Shown: positions 40,946 to 52,110 of the stretch, piece by piece
Layout: each line of letters begins with the position of its first letter
Position numbering within the stretch: the first letter of the stretch is position 1
NCBI GenBank assembly: GCA_965116875.1
Contig: OZ220733.1
Location: forward strand, 1,536,001-1,600,000
Length of the DNA: 64,000 nucleotides
DNA from: Candidatus Latescibacterota bacterium
GTDB lineage: Bacteria; Latescibacterota; UBA2968; GCA-2709665
Direction: 5' to 3'
Notes under the pieces: model-generated
The model's input: the letters and a program-made list of their open reading frames with translations, nothing else
Database searches by the model: none
Told to the model about the DNA's origin: nothing
Translations under genes and position numbers: made by a program

Positions 40946-41182
40946 GGGATGCGCTTCCTTCCCGGCGCCGGGAGGGGAGGGGTTTTGCGCCGCAGGGGGA
41001 GGCATTTTCGGCAAATGCGCTTACTAAACAATAATATAGGGCGAATGGCCGGGAAAAATCAAGGGAAAAAGGAGACAAGTGAGAAGGAAGAAGGAAGAAG
41101 GAAGAAGGAAAAAGAAAAGGCGAAAGGCGAAGAGCGAAAACCGAAGGCAAGATCAAGAGCAATACTTCCACCCAGCCCTGCC

Positions 41183-43300
41183 GACCTCTCTCCCCGGCCC
41201 TCTCTCCTAAAGGAAAGAGGGAGGAAACCGGTACGTCGCGTGCCGGGCTTCTATAAATGCCCTGATCGAAAGGTAATCGCCATCCGGCACGTCACAAAAC
41301 CTGTACAGCCACCCGTCAACATTCCCCCTTCCTTCAGGAAGGGGGTTAGGGGGTAGGTCCGGGAAGGGGGAAGAGCAAAAACGAAAGGCAAATTGCGAAA
41401 TCATAGGCAACCCCTCCGCCCGGCCCTGCCGACCTCTCTCCCCGGCCCTCTCGGAAGCAGCTATCAGCCGTCAGCGGTCGGCTAAAGGAGAAAGTCAAGG
41501 TCCAAAGCAAACCATCCGCCCCAGCCCCGCCGACCTCTCTCCCCGGCCCTCTCTCCTAAAGCAAAGAGGGAGGAAACCGGTACGTCGCGTGCCGGGCTTC
41601 TATAAATGCCCTGATCGAAAGGAAATCGCCATCCGGCACATCACAAAGCCTGTACAGCCACCCGTCAACGTTCCCCCTTCCTTCAGGAAGGGGGTTAGGG
41701 GGTAGGTCCGGCGGAGGGGTGGAAGCTATACGTTGCGTTGACACCGTTCAATAAAGGCTCTGATTAATTCAAGAACGCCATCCAGATCTATGCGGACGCG
41801 TTCGTTTGAGATCCGTAAGACTTTCAATCCACGCGCTTTGAGAATCGCATCCCGTTCTGCGTCGTACGCAACCTGACTCTCGTGCACTTCGCCATCGACC
41901 TCAATGACCAGTCCGACCGAGTGGCAGTAGAAGTCGACGATAAAGCCGTCGATGATCTGTTGACGTCGAAAGTGAATGCCATCAAGCCTGTTCGCGCGCA
42001 GGTGGTGCCAGAGGCGTTTCTCTTCTTCGGTCATCTCATTTCGCAAACGTCGCACGAACTTCAATTTGTGGGACGTAACGCGCTGACCTGTCACAATTTC
42101 CCGTCTGGTTTTCATTGACCCCCCTCCCCCCGCAGACCTCTCTCCCCGGCCCTCTCTCCTAAAGGAAAGAGGGAGGAAAGGCTCACGTCGCGTGCCGGGC
42201 TTCTAAAAATGCCCTGATCGAAAGGAAATCGCCATCCGGCACATTACAAAGCCTGTACAACCACCCATCACCATTCCCCCTTCCTTCAGGAAGGGGGTTA
42301 GGGGGTAGGTCGGGGAAGGGGGAAGAGCAAAAGCGAAAGGCAAATTGCGAAATCATAGGCAACCCCTCACCCCGCAGACCTCTTTCCCGGCCCTCTCTCC
42401 TAAAGGAAAGAGGGAGGAAACCGGTACGTCGCGTGCCGGGCTTCTATAAACAACCCTGATTGAAAGGAAATCGCCATCCGGCACGTCACAAAGCCTGTAC
42501 AACCACCCATCACCATTCCCCCTTCCTTCAGGAAGGGGGTTAGGGGGTAGGTCGGGGAAGGGGGAAGAGCAAAAGCGAAAGGCAAATTGCGAAATCATAG
42601 GCAACCCCTCCCCCTCCCCCCGCCGACCTCTCTCCCCGGCCCTCTCTCCTAAAGGAAAGAGGGAGGAAACCGGTACGTCGCGTGCCGGGCTTCTATAAAC
42701 AACCCTGATTGAAAGGAAATCGCCATCCGGCACGTCACAAAACCTGTACAACCACCCATCACCATTCCCCCTTCCTTCAGGAAGGGGGTTAGGGGGTAGG
42801 TCGGGGAAGGGGGAAGAGCAAAAGCGAAAGGCAAATTGCGAAATCATAGGCAACCCCTCACCCCGGCCACCCAGACCTCTCTCCCCGGCCCTCTCTCCTA
42901 AAGGAAAGAGGGAGGAAACCGGTACGTCGCGTGCCGGGCTTCTATAAACAACCCTGATTGAAAGGAAATCGCCATCCGGCACGTCACAAAACCTGTACAG
43001 CCACCCGTCAACATTCCCCCTTCCTTCAGGAAGGGGGTTAGGGGGTAGGTCGGGGAAGGGGGAAGAGCAAAAGCGAAAGGCAAATTGCGAAATCATAGGC
43101 AACCCCTCCCCCTCCCCCCGCCGACCTCTCTCCCCGGCCCTCTCTCCTAAAGGAAAGAGGGAGGAAACCGGTACGTCGCGTGCCGGGCTTCTATAAACAA
43201 CCCTGATTGAAAGGAAATCGCCATCCGGCACGTCACAAAACCTGTACAACCACCCATCACCATTCCCCCTTCCTTCAGGAAGGGGGTCAGGGGGTAGGTC
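41183..43300. repeat. Tandem array of ~249-bp units (177-178 bp GACCT...AGGTC core plus ~65-71 bp linker) interrupted by the DUF559 gene
   Basis: Cores at 41183-41359, 41532-41708, 42135-42311, 42377-42553, 42625-42802, 42874-43051, 43123-43300, plus a truncated start at 41431. Confidence 0.92.
41726..42115 (-). CDS. DUF559 (Vsr-like) endonuclease domain protein
   Basis: RRLRNEMTEEEKRLWHHLR, FRRQQIIDGFIVDFYC, LVIEVDGEVH, YDAERDAIL..GLKVLRISN. Confidence 0.92.
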   Translation of the reverse strand: MKTRREIVTGQRVTSHKLKFVRRLRNEMTEEEKRLWHHLRANRLDGIHFRRQQIIDGFIVDFYCHSVGLVIEVDGEVHESQVAYDAERDAILKARGLKVLRISNERVRIDLDGVLELIRAFIERCQRNV

Positions 43301-43527
43301 GGGGAAAGAGGGAGGAAAGACACACGTCGCGCGCCGGTCATTGATTGACACTCTGATTTACAAGGAAACGCCGCCGGTTTTCCGCTCTCCTCAGCAATCC
43401 GCTTCCATTCGATTCTTGCGAGAGTCCGATTGCAGAAGTGACAGACGTCAAAGGTACCGCTTCTTTGTCCTTCCTCCTTTTTCCTTCAGGAAGGGGGTTA
43501 GGGGGTAGGTCTGCGGGTCGCGCTACG

Positions 43528-46500
43528 TCAACCACCGTCAGGTACGACCGCCGTACGGCCGAAGGTGGCGGAGGCTGTGGCGAAGTCGGAAAAGTCCACG
43601 GCCCCGTCGTCGTTGACGTCGGCCTGGGGGTTGTAGCCGGCCTCGCCCCTGCGGGAACCGAAGGCCGCCGCGAAGGCGACGAGGTCCTCGAAGTCGAACA
43701 CCGGGGTGCCGCCCCGCGACGGAAGGACGATGAGGTAGACCGGATCGCCGGCGGCGTCGAGGAACCGCACGCGGACGGAGACGTTGTCCACGGCGATCAA
43801 TTCCCCCGCGGTCACGTTGTTGTCGTCATACGCGTCGATCCGATAGAACAGGGACGTCGCGCCTTCGGGCAGGTCCACGTCCGTGAACTCCGTGGATCCG
43901 GGAGGCAGCGCGGCGATCTGCTCGAGCGTGTCCGCAGACGCGCCTCGCATCACCCGGTAGCCCTTCACGCCGGGAATGGGAACGTTGTAACCGCGAAACG
44001 GAACAAAGCCCACGATCCGGTCATCGGCGGAAGGCGTCCACCGCAGCGCCGCGCCGCCCGCTCCTCCGGCCGTGGCTGAGGTGACCGGAGCGGGCGCGAC
44101 GTTGTCCACGGCGCCTACCGGCTCCCCGGTGACCGTGCGGGCGGAAACCAGCAGGCCGCCCCCGGTCGCAGAACGGATATTCTCCGGGACGGAAGCACTG
44201 CCTGTCACCTCGCCCACGTTGAGACGGACGGGAACGAAGACCAGGTCCTTCCGATCGCCGACCACGGACTCGACGAGGTCATCCGGCGCGTTGAACCGGT
44301 CCATCCGTTCCTCGCCGGCCAGGACCGGTACGGGTGAGAGGCCCAGCAGCCGCAGCGTCCGGCGTACACTCTCCCGGGTCAAGACGCGCTTTCCGGCCAC
44401 GGCCCCATGGGAACCACTGTGGCTCACCACAGTCCTGACGCCCCAGCGGGTGGCCGAGTTGTCCAATGCTGGGATCACGGCGCGCCGCACGTCTCCACCC
44501 GGCTCACCGCCCGCGCCCGGGCCGATGTTCGCCCAGTGCATCCATCGCTTCAAGGGGGTTTCGCCGTGGATTTCGCGACCGTCCGCGTCGTACCCCTCCA
44601 GCGTCGTCTCGATCTCCCGCTCGATCCGGTAGCGAACCACACCATCGCGCCGCGCGGGCTCCGGGAAGCCGATCAGTACCCAACCGCCCTGGTCGCCCCG
44701 GCCGTCCGCGCCCATATAGTCTTCGACGGTAATTGAAGCCGGTGCGGCGGGAGCGGGACTGCCTTCAGGCGCGAACCTCACCGTCACGCTGCCCGTGAGC
44801 GCGCCAACGACGGCGCTGTCGCCCATGCCAGTGACCAGGTCCCGGGCGACCGTTTGCACGGCGATGGTCGCGATTCCTTCCATATCGGCAGCCACCGCGC
44901 CGAAATCCGCGCCGCCGGCCGGCACCGTCTGCACACCCACGGGTACTTTCACCGCGGCGTGGCTGGAACTGAAGTCGACCGCCACCGACCCGTATGTCTC
45001 GGATCCGACGGTGTTGTCGATTTTTGTACTCGCGTTGCCGAATGGGTCCCCGGGCAGCACGTTGACCATGAAGGCGCCGGCGACGGTTCCGGCCGGCACA
45101 TCACCCTCCCGGGCGGTGACCACGAATCTCGAAAACTCGGCCGCCTCCACGTCCAGCGCCGTTTCCAGCCGGCCGCTGATGCGGAGCGTCGTTGCGCCGG
45201 TGGCGGGGTGTACCGTGTACTCTGCCGCCATCAGCCCGGCGCCGGAGATCGGCCGGGTGGACCTCACCGAGACGTCCCGCCGGCCCGCGCGCCACCCCCG
45301 GCCGTCGAGCACAGCGGCCCGGGCAACCCGGCCCGCGGCGGCCAGGTCCGCGGGGAGGGGGAAGGAGGGCGCCGGGCTGACGCCGCTCCCGCTGAAGCTC
45401 ACGCCTTCGAGCGCGGCGGCCTGCTCGCCGGGGACGATCAGGGCCAGCGCGACCGGAGCGCGATACGTTGCCGCGAGAACGTCGGCGCCCTCGATCCGGG
45501 TGAGCATCGTGTCCAGTACGGTGATCCGGATCGGATACTCCCGGCCCGCGACGACGACGTCCCGGTCCGACAGGGCGACAAGCCGGAACGCGCCGGCGCC
45601 TGGATTCAGGAAGCCCCGGGAGAACATGAACGTGCCGCCCCCGGTCACGCTGGCGTTGCCGGCGAGGTCGACCGCCAGGATCTGCAGTTCGTATCGGTTC
45701 CGGTCGTAGAAACCCGTGTTGTCCACCGGCCAGTTCACCAGTTCGCCGAGGGCCTCCAACCGGTGGTTGCCCGGGCCGAAGTTCTGCACGACGGCCGTGG
45801 CGCCGCCGGTCTCGAGGTAACGGACGGAAAGGGAATCCAGCTCCTCGTCGATGGAGAAGACCGGGTCCTTGCTGGCCAGGTTGATGGTGGGCTCGTCCAG
45901 GTTGTCCGGGTCCCCGGGCGCGGAGGCCTCGGAGGGAAACAGATTGCCGATCACCGGCGCTTTCTCATCGTACCAGACGTCCGGGAGGGTCCGTGTCGAC
46001 GTGTTGCCAAGGCTGTCCCAGACCTGGATGGTCAGACTGTTCCGCACGCCGCCCGCAACGTCGTACTTCCACGGGAGAACGGGCCGGGCCGTGGAATCGC
46101 CGCCGGTGGGGGCCATTTCTTCATTGACGTCCAACGTCGCCGGGTCATCCACGGCGCCACTGCCAACGCCGTGCGCGCTGTCGCCGTGGGTGATCCGGAT
46201 GGAGTCCGGAACCTCGCTGATCCGGAACTCGAGCGGCTTCAGCCAGCGTCCGGCCCGGACTGCGCCGGTCTCCCAGGGCAGGCGCTTGAGGCCCGGGAGC
46301 GTTTGCGTGACGGCCGCCGAGATCCGGTCTTCCAGGCTGTCCGGATGGGGATGGACGATGGTGATCCGGGGCGGGGACGCGTCCGCGATCCACTCCACGC
46401 CGCCGGGATCGAACACGAGAGGGCGTCCGTGGCCGGCGCGGACGGGAGACGCCGTCAGGGCATCCATCGAGCCGCCGCCCAGGTTCCCGGCGGCATCCGC

Positions 46501-47409
46501 GAGGTAGGCTTCCACCCGCACCCGCCGGTTATCGGCGAAATCGCCCTCTTCAACCCGCGCGGAGCCCCGAAGCTGCGCGCGGTAGAGCCTGTCGCCGGAG
46601 AATTCGAAGGAAACCGGCGCCGTGGAAAAGGCCGAGTCCGTTTCCACAACGCCCGCCAGGATGCGGCTTGCTCCCGCATGCAGCACGCCGGCCGTTTTCA
46701 GGCCGAACCGTATGGCAATCTCGTCTCCAATACCGAACCGGACGCGCCGGATGAGTCCCGCCTGTGTCGTATCGACGTTCAGGGCGTCCGTTTCGACGGA
46801 GAAGGACTCGAACGCGTCGGCGTGGACCGGGCGATTGGCATCGATCCCGAACCGCACCCCGTCGCCCACCCTGCCCGCGCCGAAGCCCGTGGAGGCAGGG
46901 GTGATCTTCCATGCTGTCATCAGGTTGTTCAGTTCGTCCCCGTCCGCAGCCGGGTCCAGGTCGAGCACGACTTTGGCCGAGCGGCCGTCTTCCGACTGGA
47001 ACGGCACCGCCTGAGGCGAGACGGTGATGGAGACTCTGAACGTGTCGATGCCCGACGCCTCGCCGTCGCCGAATGCGACACCGGGCGGAAGGTTGTGCAC
47101 ATCCGGTATATATATATTGTAATAGACGAAGCCGCGTGAAACGGCGCCGCCGTCGGTGACGCCGACGTCCTCGTCGCGGACCCTTGCATCCGCGACCGAC
47201 ACGCGGAATCCCTCGTCCATGATTCCGTCGTACGCCAGGACGCGAATCTCGATCCCGCCGCCGATCCCGGCCCACGCGCCGTCGGCGGGCCTGTCGACAC
47301 GAATCATGATTCCCTGCGGCTCCGCGACGTTCTGCGCGGACCCCACGCCGGCATTGCCGGCAGCCAGCAAAAACGCCAGACCCGGACCTGAAAACCTCCG
47401 CAACCGCAT
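43528..47409 (-). CDS. Large secreted protein (~1290 aa), paralog of 34673-39724 ending at the dockerin-like domain
   Basis: Shared blocks QGI.IRVD.P, RVGDG..FG.DA.RP.H, EELDSLS.RY, DY.GADG.GDQGG, NPQADV.DDG.V.F.D; stops at FGRTAVVPDGG; GGGGAGG RBS. Confidence 0.82.
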   Translation of the reverse strand: MRLRRFSGPGLAFLLAAGNAGVGSAQNVAEPQGIMIRVDRPADGAWAGIGGGIEIRVLAYDGIMDEGFRVSVADARVRDEDVGVTDGGAVSRGFVYYNIYIPDVHNLPPGVAFGDGEASGIDTFRVSITVSPQAVPFQSEDGRSAKVVLDLDPAADGDELNNLMTAWKITPASTGFGAGRVGDGVRFGIDANRPVHADAFESFSVETDALNVDTTQAGLIRRVRFGIGDEIAIRFGLKTAGVLHAGASRILAGVVETDSAFSTAPVSFEFSGDRLYRAQLRGSARVEEGDFADNRRVRVEAYLADAAGNLGGGSMDALTASPVRAGHGRPLVFDPGGVEWIADASPPRITIVHPHPDSLEDRISAAVTQTLPGLKRLPWETGAVRAGRWLKPLEFRISEVPDSIRITHGDSAHGVGSGAVDDPATLDVNEEMAPTGGDSTARPVLPWKYDVAGGVRNSLTIQVWDSLGNTSTRTLPDVWYDEKAPVIGNLFPSEASAPGDPDNLDEPTINLASKDPVFSIDEELDSLSVRYLETGGATAVVQNFGPGNHRLEALGELVNWPVDNTGFYDRNRYELQILAVDLAGNASVTGGGTFMFSRGFLNPGAGAFRLVALSDRDVVVAGREYPIRITVLDTMLTRIEGADVLAATYRAPVALALIVPGEQAAALEGVSFSGSGVSPAPSFPLPADLAAAGRVARAAVLDGRGWRAGRRDVSVRSTRPISGAGLMAAEYTVHPATGATTLRISGRLETALDVEAAEFSRFVVTAREGDVPAGTVAGAFMVNVLPGDPFGNASTKIDNTVGSETYGSVAVDFSSSHAAVKVPVGVQTVPAGGADFGAVAADMEGIATIAVQTVARDLVTGMGDSAVVGALTGSVTVRFAPEGSPAPAAPASITVEDYMGADGRGDQGGWVLIGFPEPARRDGVVRYRIEREIETTLEGYDADGREIHGETPLKRWMHWANIGPGAGGEPGGDVRRAVIPALDNSATRWGVRTVVSHSGSHGAVAGKRVLTRESVRRTLRLLGLSPVPVLAGEERMDRFNAPDDLVESVVGDRKDLVFVPVRLNVGEVTGSASVPENIRSATGGGLLVSARTVTGEPVGAVDNVAPAPVTSATAGGAGGAALRWTPSADDRIVGFVPFRGYNVPIPGVKGYRVMRGASADTLEQIAALPPGSTEFTDVDLPEGATSLFYRIDAYDDNNVTAGELIAVDNVSVRVRFLDAAGDPVYLIVLPSRGGTPVFDFEDLVAFAAAFGSRRGEAGYNPQADVNDDGAVDFSDFATASATFGRTAVVPDGG

Positions 47410-47783
47410 TTCGTACCTCCCCGTAAGAGACCACGCGCCGATGGATACTGGAGGGAGGCAAATAGCATACCAGCGGGGAACGGAACGCAGAGAGGGGCGC
47501 ATCGGGAAGGACGGGCGCCGTGGATGGGCGGGGCCGATTGGGAAGGGTATATGGCGCGGAATGCGGACGAAGACGCGGGAATTCTTGCCAACGACGCCTC
47601 AGCCAACGGCGGGATTCATGGGGTGAGGCATCGGGCGGTGAGATCGCGGGAAGGATGGAACGATTCGTTCACGTGGGGGAAAGAAATGAGCAGGACAGCG
47701 ACAAGGCGGGCAACCACAAGGGTTGCCCCTACAAATGCATCGACGGGGGTCCGAGGGCAGGATGCCCTCGCTCCGGGGTGGAC

Positions 47784-48227
47784 CTATTCCTTCACCACCC
47801 ACACCTTGACGGTGGCGTTGACCTCGGCGTGAAGCCGGATGGAGACGTCGTAGACGCCGAGCGCGCGGATGGGTTCCTCGAGCTCGATCCAGCGCCGGTC
47901 GATTTCGAAGCCCTGTTCGGCGAGGTGCTCGGAAACGTGCTGCGCGGTGACGGAGCCGAAGATCTGGTCTTCCTTGCCCACGGCCACGGGAATGTTGCAG
48001 GATGCCTTTTCAATCTTCTTCGACAGCGCCACGGCGTCGCGCTGGGCGCGGGTGCTGCGGGCTGCCTTCTGGCGCTTGAGCTCCTCGTACACCTTCATGT
48101 TGCCCCTGGTCGCCACGAGGGCCAGGTTCCTCGGGATGAGGTAGTTCCTGGCGTACCCGTCCTTCACGTTGATTACCGACCCGGCATCGCCCAGGTTGTC
48201 CAGAGCTTCGGTGAGGATGATCTTCAT
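47784..48227 (-). CDS. rplI: 50S ribosomal protein L9
   Basis: MKIIL...LGDAGSVINVKDGYARNYLIP, IFGSVT, PIRALGVY. Confidence 0.97.
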   Translation of the reverse strand: MKIILTEALDNLGDAGSVINVKDGYARNYLIPRNLALVATRGNMKVYEELKRQKAARSTRAQRDAVALSKKIEKASCNIPVAVGKEDQIFGSVTAQHVSEHLAEQGFEIDRRWIELEEPIRALGVYDVSIRLHAEVNATVKVWVVKE

Positions 48228-48464
48228 CGGGATTCCCTTTCCATCTGCGCGTTGGCCAATTGGCCCTGTTCATTAATATGACTGCAAAAAATCGTTAGAC
48301 GTAAGACGTGAGCCGGTAGAGATAACCCTGCCTCGCGAGGTTTCTTCTCGCGCCGGAGGCAGGACGGAGGAACATATCGGGCAAGAATTCATCTCCCGTC
48401 TCCCCTCTACCGTCTACCCGCTGTTTGGGGACCTCTCTCCCCGGCCCTCTTGAAAGAAGCCGTC

Positions 48465-48838
48465 AGCTATCAGCTATCAGCTAAAAGCAAAGAGCGAAAA
48501 CCAAAGGCAAGATCAAAAGCCACCGCTCCCCGCCCCGCAGACCTCTCTCCCCGGCCCTCTCTCCTAAAGGAAAGAGGGAGAAAGGCAAAGAAACCGCGAC
48601 ATGATCGGCCAATATCCGGTCCGAGGGCAGGATGCCCTCGCTCCCGGGGGGACCTGCCCCGGCCCCCTCTGAAGCGGGAAGACCTTAGCAGCCCGTTGAA
48701 AACGTCCATCCGGGCTGCGGCCGGCCCTTGCGGTAGAAATCGCATGCCGTAAAGGGTTTCTTCTCATGCCGCAGGCAAGTCGAAGGAACATATCGGCAAG
48801 GGCCCTTTCTCCCGTCTCCCCTCTACCGTCTCCCCGCT
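48465..48838 (+). repeat. Left copy of a ~380-410 bp mosaic direct repeat flanking rpsF-rpsR
   Basis: Colinear with 49640-50053, including the shared block GAAGCGGGAAGACCTTAGCAGCCCGTTGAAAACGTCCATCCGGGCTGCGGCCGGCCCTTGCGGTAGAAATCGCATGCCGTAAAGGGT. Confidence 0.8.
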
Positions 48839-48839
48839 T

Positions 48840-49064
48840 CTACGACATACTGTCCGTTGCAAAAGGCAACAGCGCGATCTGGCGGGCGCGTTTCAGGTGC
48901 CGCGTGACCGTGCGCTGGTGGCGGGCGCAGGTCCCCGATACGCGCCGGGGGATGATCTTTCCGCGATCGGTGACGAACCGCTGCATCAGCCGTACGTCCT
49001 TATAGTCGATCGTCAATGCCTTGTCTTCGCAAAACCTGCATACCTTCACACTGGGCCGGTTCAT
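48840..49064 (-). CDS. rpsR: 30S ribosomal protein S18 (Cys-containing, zinc-binding type)
   Basis: [38 protein letters not shown]. Confidence 0.97.
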   Translation of the reverse strand: MNRPSVKVCRFCEDKALTIDYKDVRLMQRFVTDRGKIIPRRVSGTCARHQRTVTRHLKRARQIALLPFATDSMS

Positions 49065-49462
49065 GCCGCCTCCTCGTTCTCGTCGCCGCCTTCGGCGTCC
49101 GCTTCCTCTCCTTGTTCGGCTTCATGATCATCCGCTTCGCCTTCTTCCACCTCTTCCGGCTCTTCCTCCACCGGGGTTTCATCCAGGACCACCATGTGTC
49201 GCAACACCGACTCGTCCAGCTTGAATGCGCGGTCGATTTCGGGAAGGGCCTCCGGCGGGGCCTCGAACCGGATGAACGTATAGTCGCCCCGGTTCTGTTT
49301 GCCGATTGTGTAGGCGAGCTTGCGGGAGCCCAGGCGGTTGACCTCCACCGAGCGGCCGCCGCCTTCGGAAACGAGGCGGTCAAAACGCGCAACGAGGTCG
49401 TCCACCGCGCCGTCGGGCGCCTGCGGGCTGACAATGAGCGTGAGTTCGTAACGTCTGGACAT
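49061..49462 (-). CDS. rpsF: 30S ribosomal protein S6 with long acidic tail
   Basis: [39 protein letters not shown]; GGAGG RBS. Confidence 0.95.
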   Translation of the reverse strand: MSRRYELTLIVSPQAPDGAVDDLVARFDRLVSEGGGRSVEVNRLGSRKLAYTIGKQNRGDYTFIRFEAPPEALPEIDRAFKLDESVLRHMVVLDETPVEEEPEEVEEGEADDHEAEQGEEADAEGGDENEEAA

Positions 49463-49522
49463 GAAACCTCCCCCTGGACAATTGGCCCGCGAGCAGCCCG
49501 ACCGGACAGTCACGAGCGGGGC
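49463..49522 (-). promoter_or_regulatory. Probable S6:S18 autoregulatory leader RNA
   Basis: Directly 5' of rpsF; CCCCGCTC...GGGCCAATTGTCCAGGGGGAGG resembles the conserved rpsF leader; not checked against a covariance model. Confidence 0.45.
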
Positions 49523-49639
49523 GATGAAGGAAGCTGTCAGCTATCAGCCGTCAGCTATCAGTTAAAGACGAAAAGCAAAAATCAGAAGCAAGATCAAAAG
49601 CAACCTCTCCGCCCGGCCCCGCAGACCTCTCCGAAAAAG

Positions 49640-50053
49640 CTATCAGCTATCAGCCGTCAGCTAAAAGCGAAGAGCGAAAACCAGGATCAAGAACGAAAGG
49701 CTAGATCAAAAGCTCCACCCGGCCCCGCAGACCTCTCTCCCCGGCCCTCTCTCCTAAAGGAAAGAGGGAGAAAGGCCGGACAGCGACAAGGCGGGCAACC
49801 ACAAGGGTTGCCCCTACAAATGCATCGACGGCGGTCCGAGGGCAGGGATGCCCTCGCTCCCGGGGGGAACTACCCCGGCCCCTTCTGAAGCGGGAAGACC
49901 TTAGCAGCCCGTTGAAAACGTCCATCCGGGCTGCGGCCGGCCCTTGCGGTAGAAATCGCATGCCGTAAAGGGTCTCTTCTCGTGCCGAAGGCAAGAAGGA
50001 AAAATATACCGGGCAAGATTCCTTCTGCCGTCTCCCCTCTACCCTCTCCCCGC
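49640..50053 (+). repeat. Right copy of the mosaic direct repeat flanking rpsF-rpsR
   Basis: Colinear with 48465-48838; an internal segment is replaced by a GTAG-REP module (49793-49817). Confidence 0.8.
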
Positions 50054-50097
50054 CACTGGGCGACCGGCCGGTCGCCCCTACAATTTCAATTATCGAA

Positions 50098-52110
50098 TCA
50101 ATCAATTAACAACGGCGCCAGAACCAGCGAGACGACGGACATGAGTTTGATGAGTATGTTCAGCGAGGGGCCGGAGGTGTCCTTCAGCGGATCGCCCACG
50201 GTGTCGCCAACCACCGCGGCTTTGTGCGCGTCCGAGCCCTTGCCGCCGAAATTGCCCTCTTCGATATGCTTCTTGCCGTTGTCCAGCACGCCGCCGCTGT
50301 TGGCCATCATCAGCGCCATGAGCATGCCGCTCAACAACGCCCCGGCCAGCATGCCGCCCAGCGCTTCCTTTCCGAGGATGAATCCGACCAGGACGGGCGT
50401 AAGCACGGCAACCACCCCGGGCGGCACCATTTCCCGCAGGGCCGCGACCGTACTGATATCCACGCAGCGCCGGGTATCGGGCTTGCCGGTGCCGTCCATC
50501 AGTCCCGGAATCTCCCGGAACTGCCGGCGGACCTCTTCCACCATCCTGAAAGCCGCCCGTCCCACCGAGGTCATGGTCTGCGCGGCCACGAGGAACGGGA
50601 TCGCGCCGCCGATGAACAGGCCGATCACCACCATCGGCGAGGTGAGGTTGATCACCTCCAGCTTCACCGTGGACGCATAGGCGGAGAAAAGCGCCAGGGC
50701 AGTGAGCGCGGCTGAGCCGATGGCGAAGCCCTTGCCGATGGCCGCCGTGGTGTTGCCCAACGAGTCCAGGCCGTCCGTGATCTTCCTGGTCTCCGGTCCG
50801 AGTTCGGCCATCTCGGAAATGCCGCCCGCGTTGTCCGCGATGGGCCCGTACGCGTCCACCGCCATGGTGATGCCCACGGTTGCCAGCATTCCCACGGCCG
50901 CGATGCCGATGCCGTACAGCCCGGCGAAGTGATAGGCGAACCCGATGGCGGCGCAGATGCACAGAACGGGAAGGAAGGTGCTCTGCATGCCGATGGCCAG
51001 GCCCGAGATGATATTGGTGGCGGGACCGGTTTCGGATGATTCGGCCACCTTGCTCACCGGCGCGCCGCCGGTGTAGTATTCGGTGAGCAGACCGATGAGG
51101 ATGCCCGTGAGACCGCCCAGGAGAATCGCCCAGAACACGCCTTCCGAGAGGCCCATGCCGTCCACCGCGAAATAGCTGCCGGCGAACATGACGCCCGCGG
51201 CCACGAAAGAAGCGTACCGGAGGGCGGCCGCGGGGCTGAAGCGCTGCAGGACCTGCATCGCCAGCACGCCAATCAGCGACGCCACCAGGCCGATTGTGGC
51301 CACGATGAGCGGCAGTTGCATGGCCGTCAGCTTCACGACCCCGGCGTCATACACGGAACTGCCGGCCAGCGTGGGTATCAGCGCCGGCGCAGCCGTGGCC
51401 GCGATGGCGATGGTCGCCACGATGGAACCCACGTACGACTCGAAGATGTCGGCCCCCATCCCGGCCACGTCGCCCACGTTGTCGCCCACGAAATCGGCGA
51501 GCGCCGCGGGGTTTCGCGGATCGTCCTCGGGAATGCCGGCCTCCACCTTGCCGACGAGATCGGCGCCCACGTCGGCCGTTTTCGTATAGATACCGCCGCC
51601 CACGCGCGCGAACAGGGCAATGGAACTGGCGCCCATCGCGAACCCGTTGATGATCACCGCCTGTTCCGCGTTACCGTACAAAAGGAAGAGTACGCCCACA
51701 CCCAGCAGGCCCAGGCTGGCCACGGCGAGGCCCATCACCGTACCGCCGGAGAACGCCACGCTCAGGGCGCTTGCCTCGCCCTCCTGGTTGGCGGCGTACG
51801 CGGTGCGCACGTTGGCCTTGGTGGCCGCCTTCATCCCGAAAAAACCGGCGCATATCGAACAGATTGCGCCGGCCAGAAAGGCGAAGGCCGTGCTGAACGG
51901 CCTGATGCCGATCGAAAGCAGGATGAATACCGCCACAATGAAAATCGCGAGTACCACGTACTCGCGCTTCAAAAACGCCATGGCGCCTTCGTGGATGGCA
52001 TCCGAAATTTCCCGCATCCGGTCCGTACCTGCCGGTTTGCGGGTAATCAGGACGTACACCAGGCCGGCGACCAGCAGCCCTGCGATCCCAAATATCGGCG
52101 TCCAAATCAT
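50098..52110 (-). CDS. hppA: Membrane ion-translocating pyrophosphatase, K+-dependent type (probably Na+-PPase)
   Basis: [46 protein letters not shown] (Ala marks the K+-dependent class), [14 protein letters not shown]. Confidence 0.95.
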   Translation of the reverse strand: MIWTPIFGIAGLLVAGLVYVLITRKPAGTDRMREISDAIHEGAMAFLKREYVVLAIFIVAVFILLSIGIRPFSTAFAFLAGAICSICAGFFGMKAATKANVRTAYAANQEGEASALSVAFSGGTVMGLAVASLGLLGVGVLFLLYGNAEQAVIINGFAMGASSIALFARVGGGIYTKTADVGADLVGKVEAGIPEDDPRNPAALADFVGDNVGDVAGMGADIFESYVGSIVATIAIAATAAPALIPTLAGSSVYDAGVVKLTAMQLPLIVATIGLVASLIGVLAMQVLQRFSPAAALRYASFVAAGVMFAGSYFAVDGMGLSEGVFWAILLGGLTGILIGLLTEYYTGGAPVSKVAESSETGPATNIISGLAIGMQSTFLPVLCICAAIGFAYHFAGLYGIGIAAVGMLATVGITMAVDAYGPIADNAGGISEMAELGPETRKITDGLDSLGNTTAAIGKGFAIGSAALTALALFSAYASTVKLEVINLTSPMVVIGLFIGGAIPFLVAAQTMTSVGRAAFRMVEEVRRQFREIPGLMDGTGKPDTRRCVDISTVAALREMVPPGVVAVLTPVLVGFILGKEALGGMLAGALLSGMLMALMMANSGGVLDNGKKHIEEGNFGGKGSDAHKAAVVGDTVGDPLKDTSGPSLNILIKLMSVVSLVLAPLLID

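Noticed and set aside
41183-43300. CRISPR array
   Set aside because: Units are ~249 bp with near-identical linkers rather than unique spacers, and there are no cas genes in the window
42353-43351. 332-aa ORF as a real gene
   Set aside because: It is a translation of the tandem DNA repeat with no recognisable domain; kept only as a low-interest finding
48686-48703. TAGCAGCCCGTTGAAAA as an IS terminus (also near 49902)
   Set aside because: No matching inverted end or transposase nearby; treated as part of the mosaic repeat
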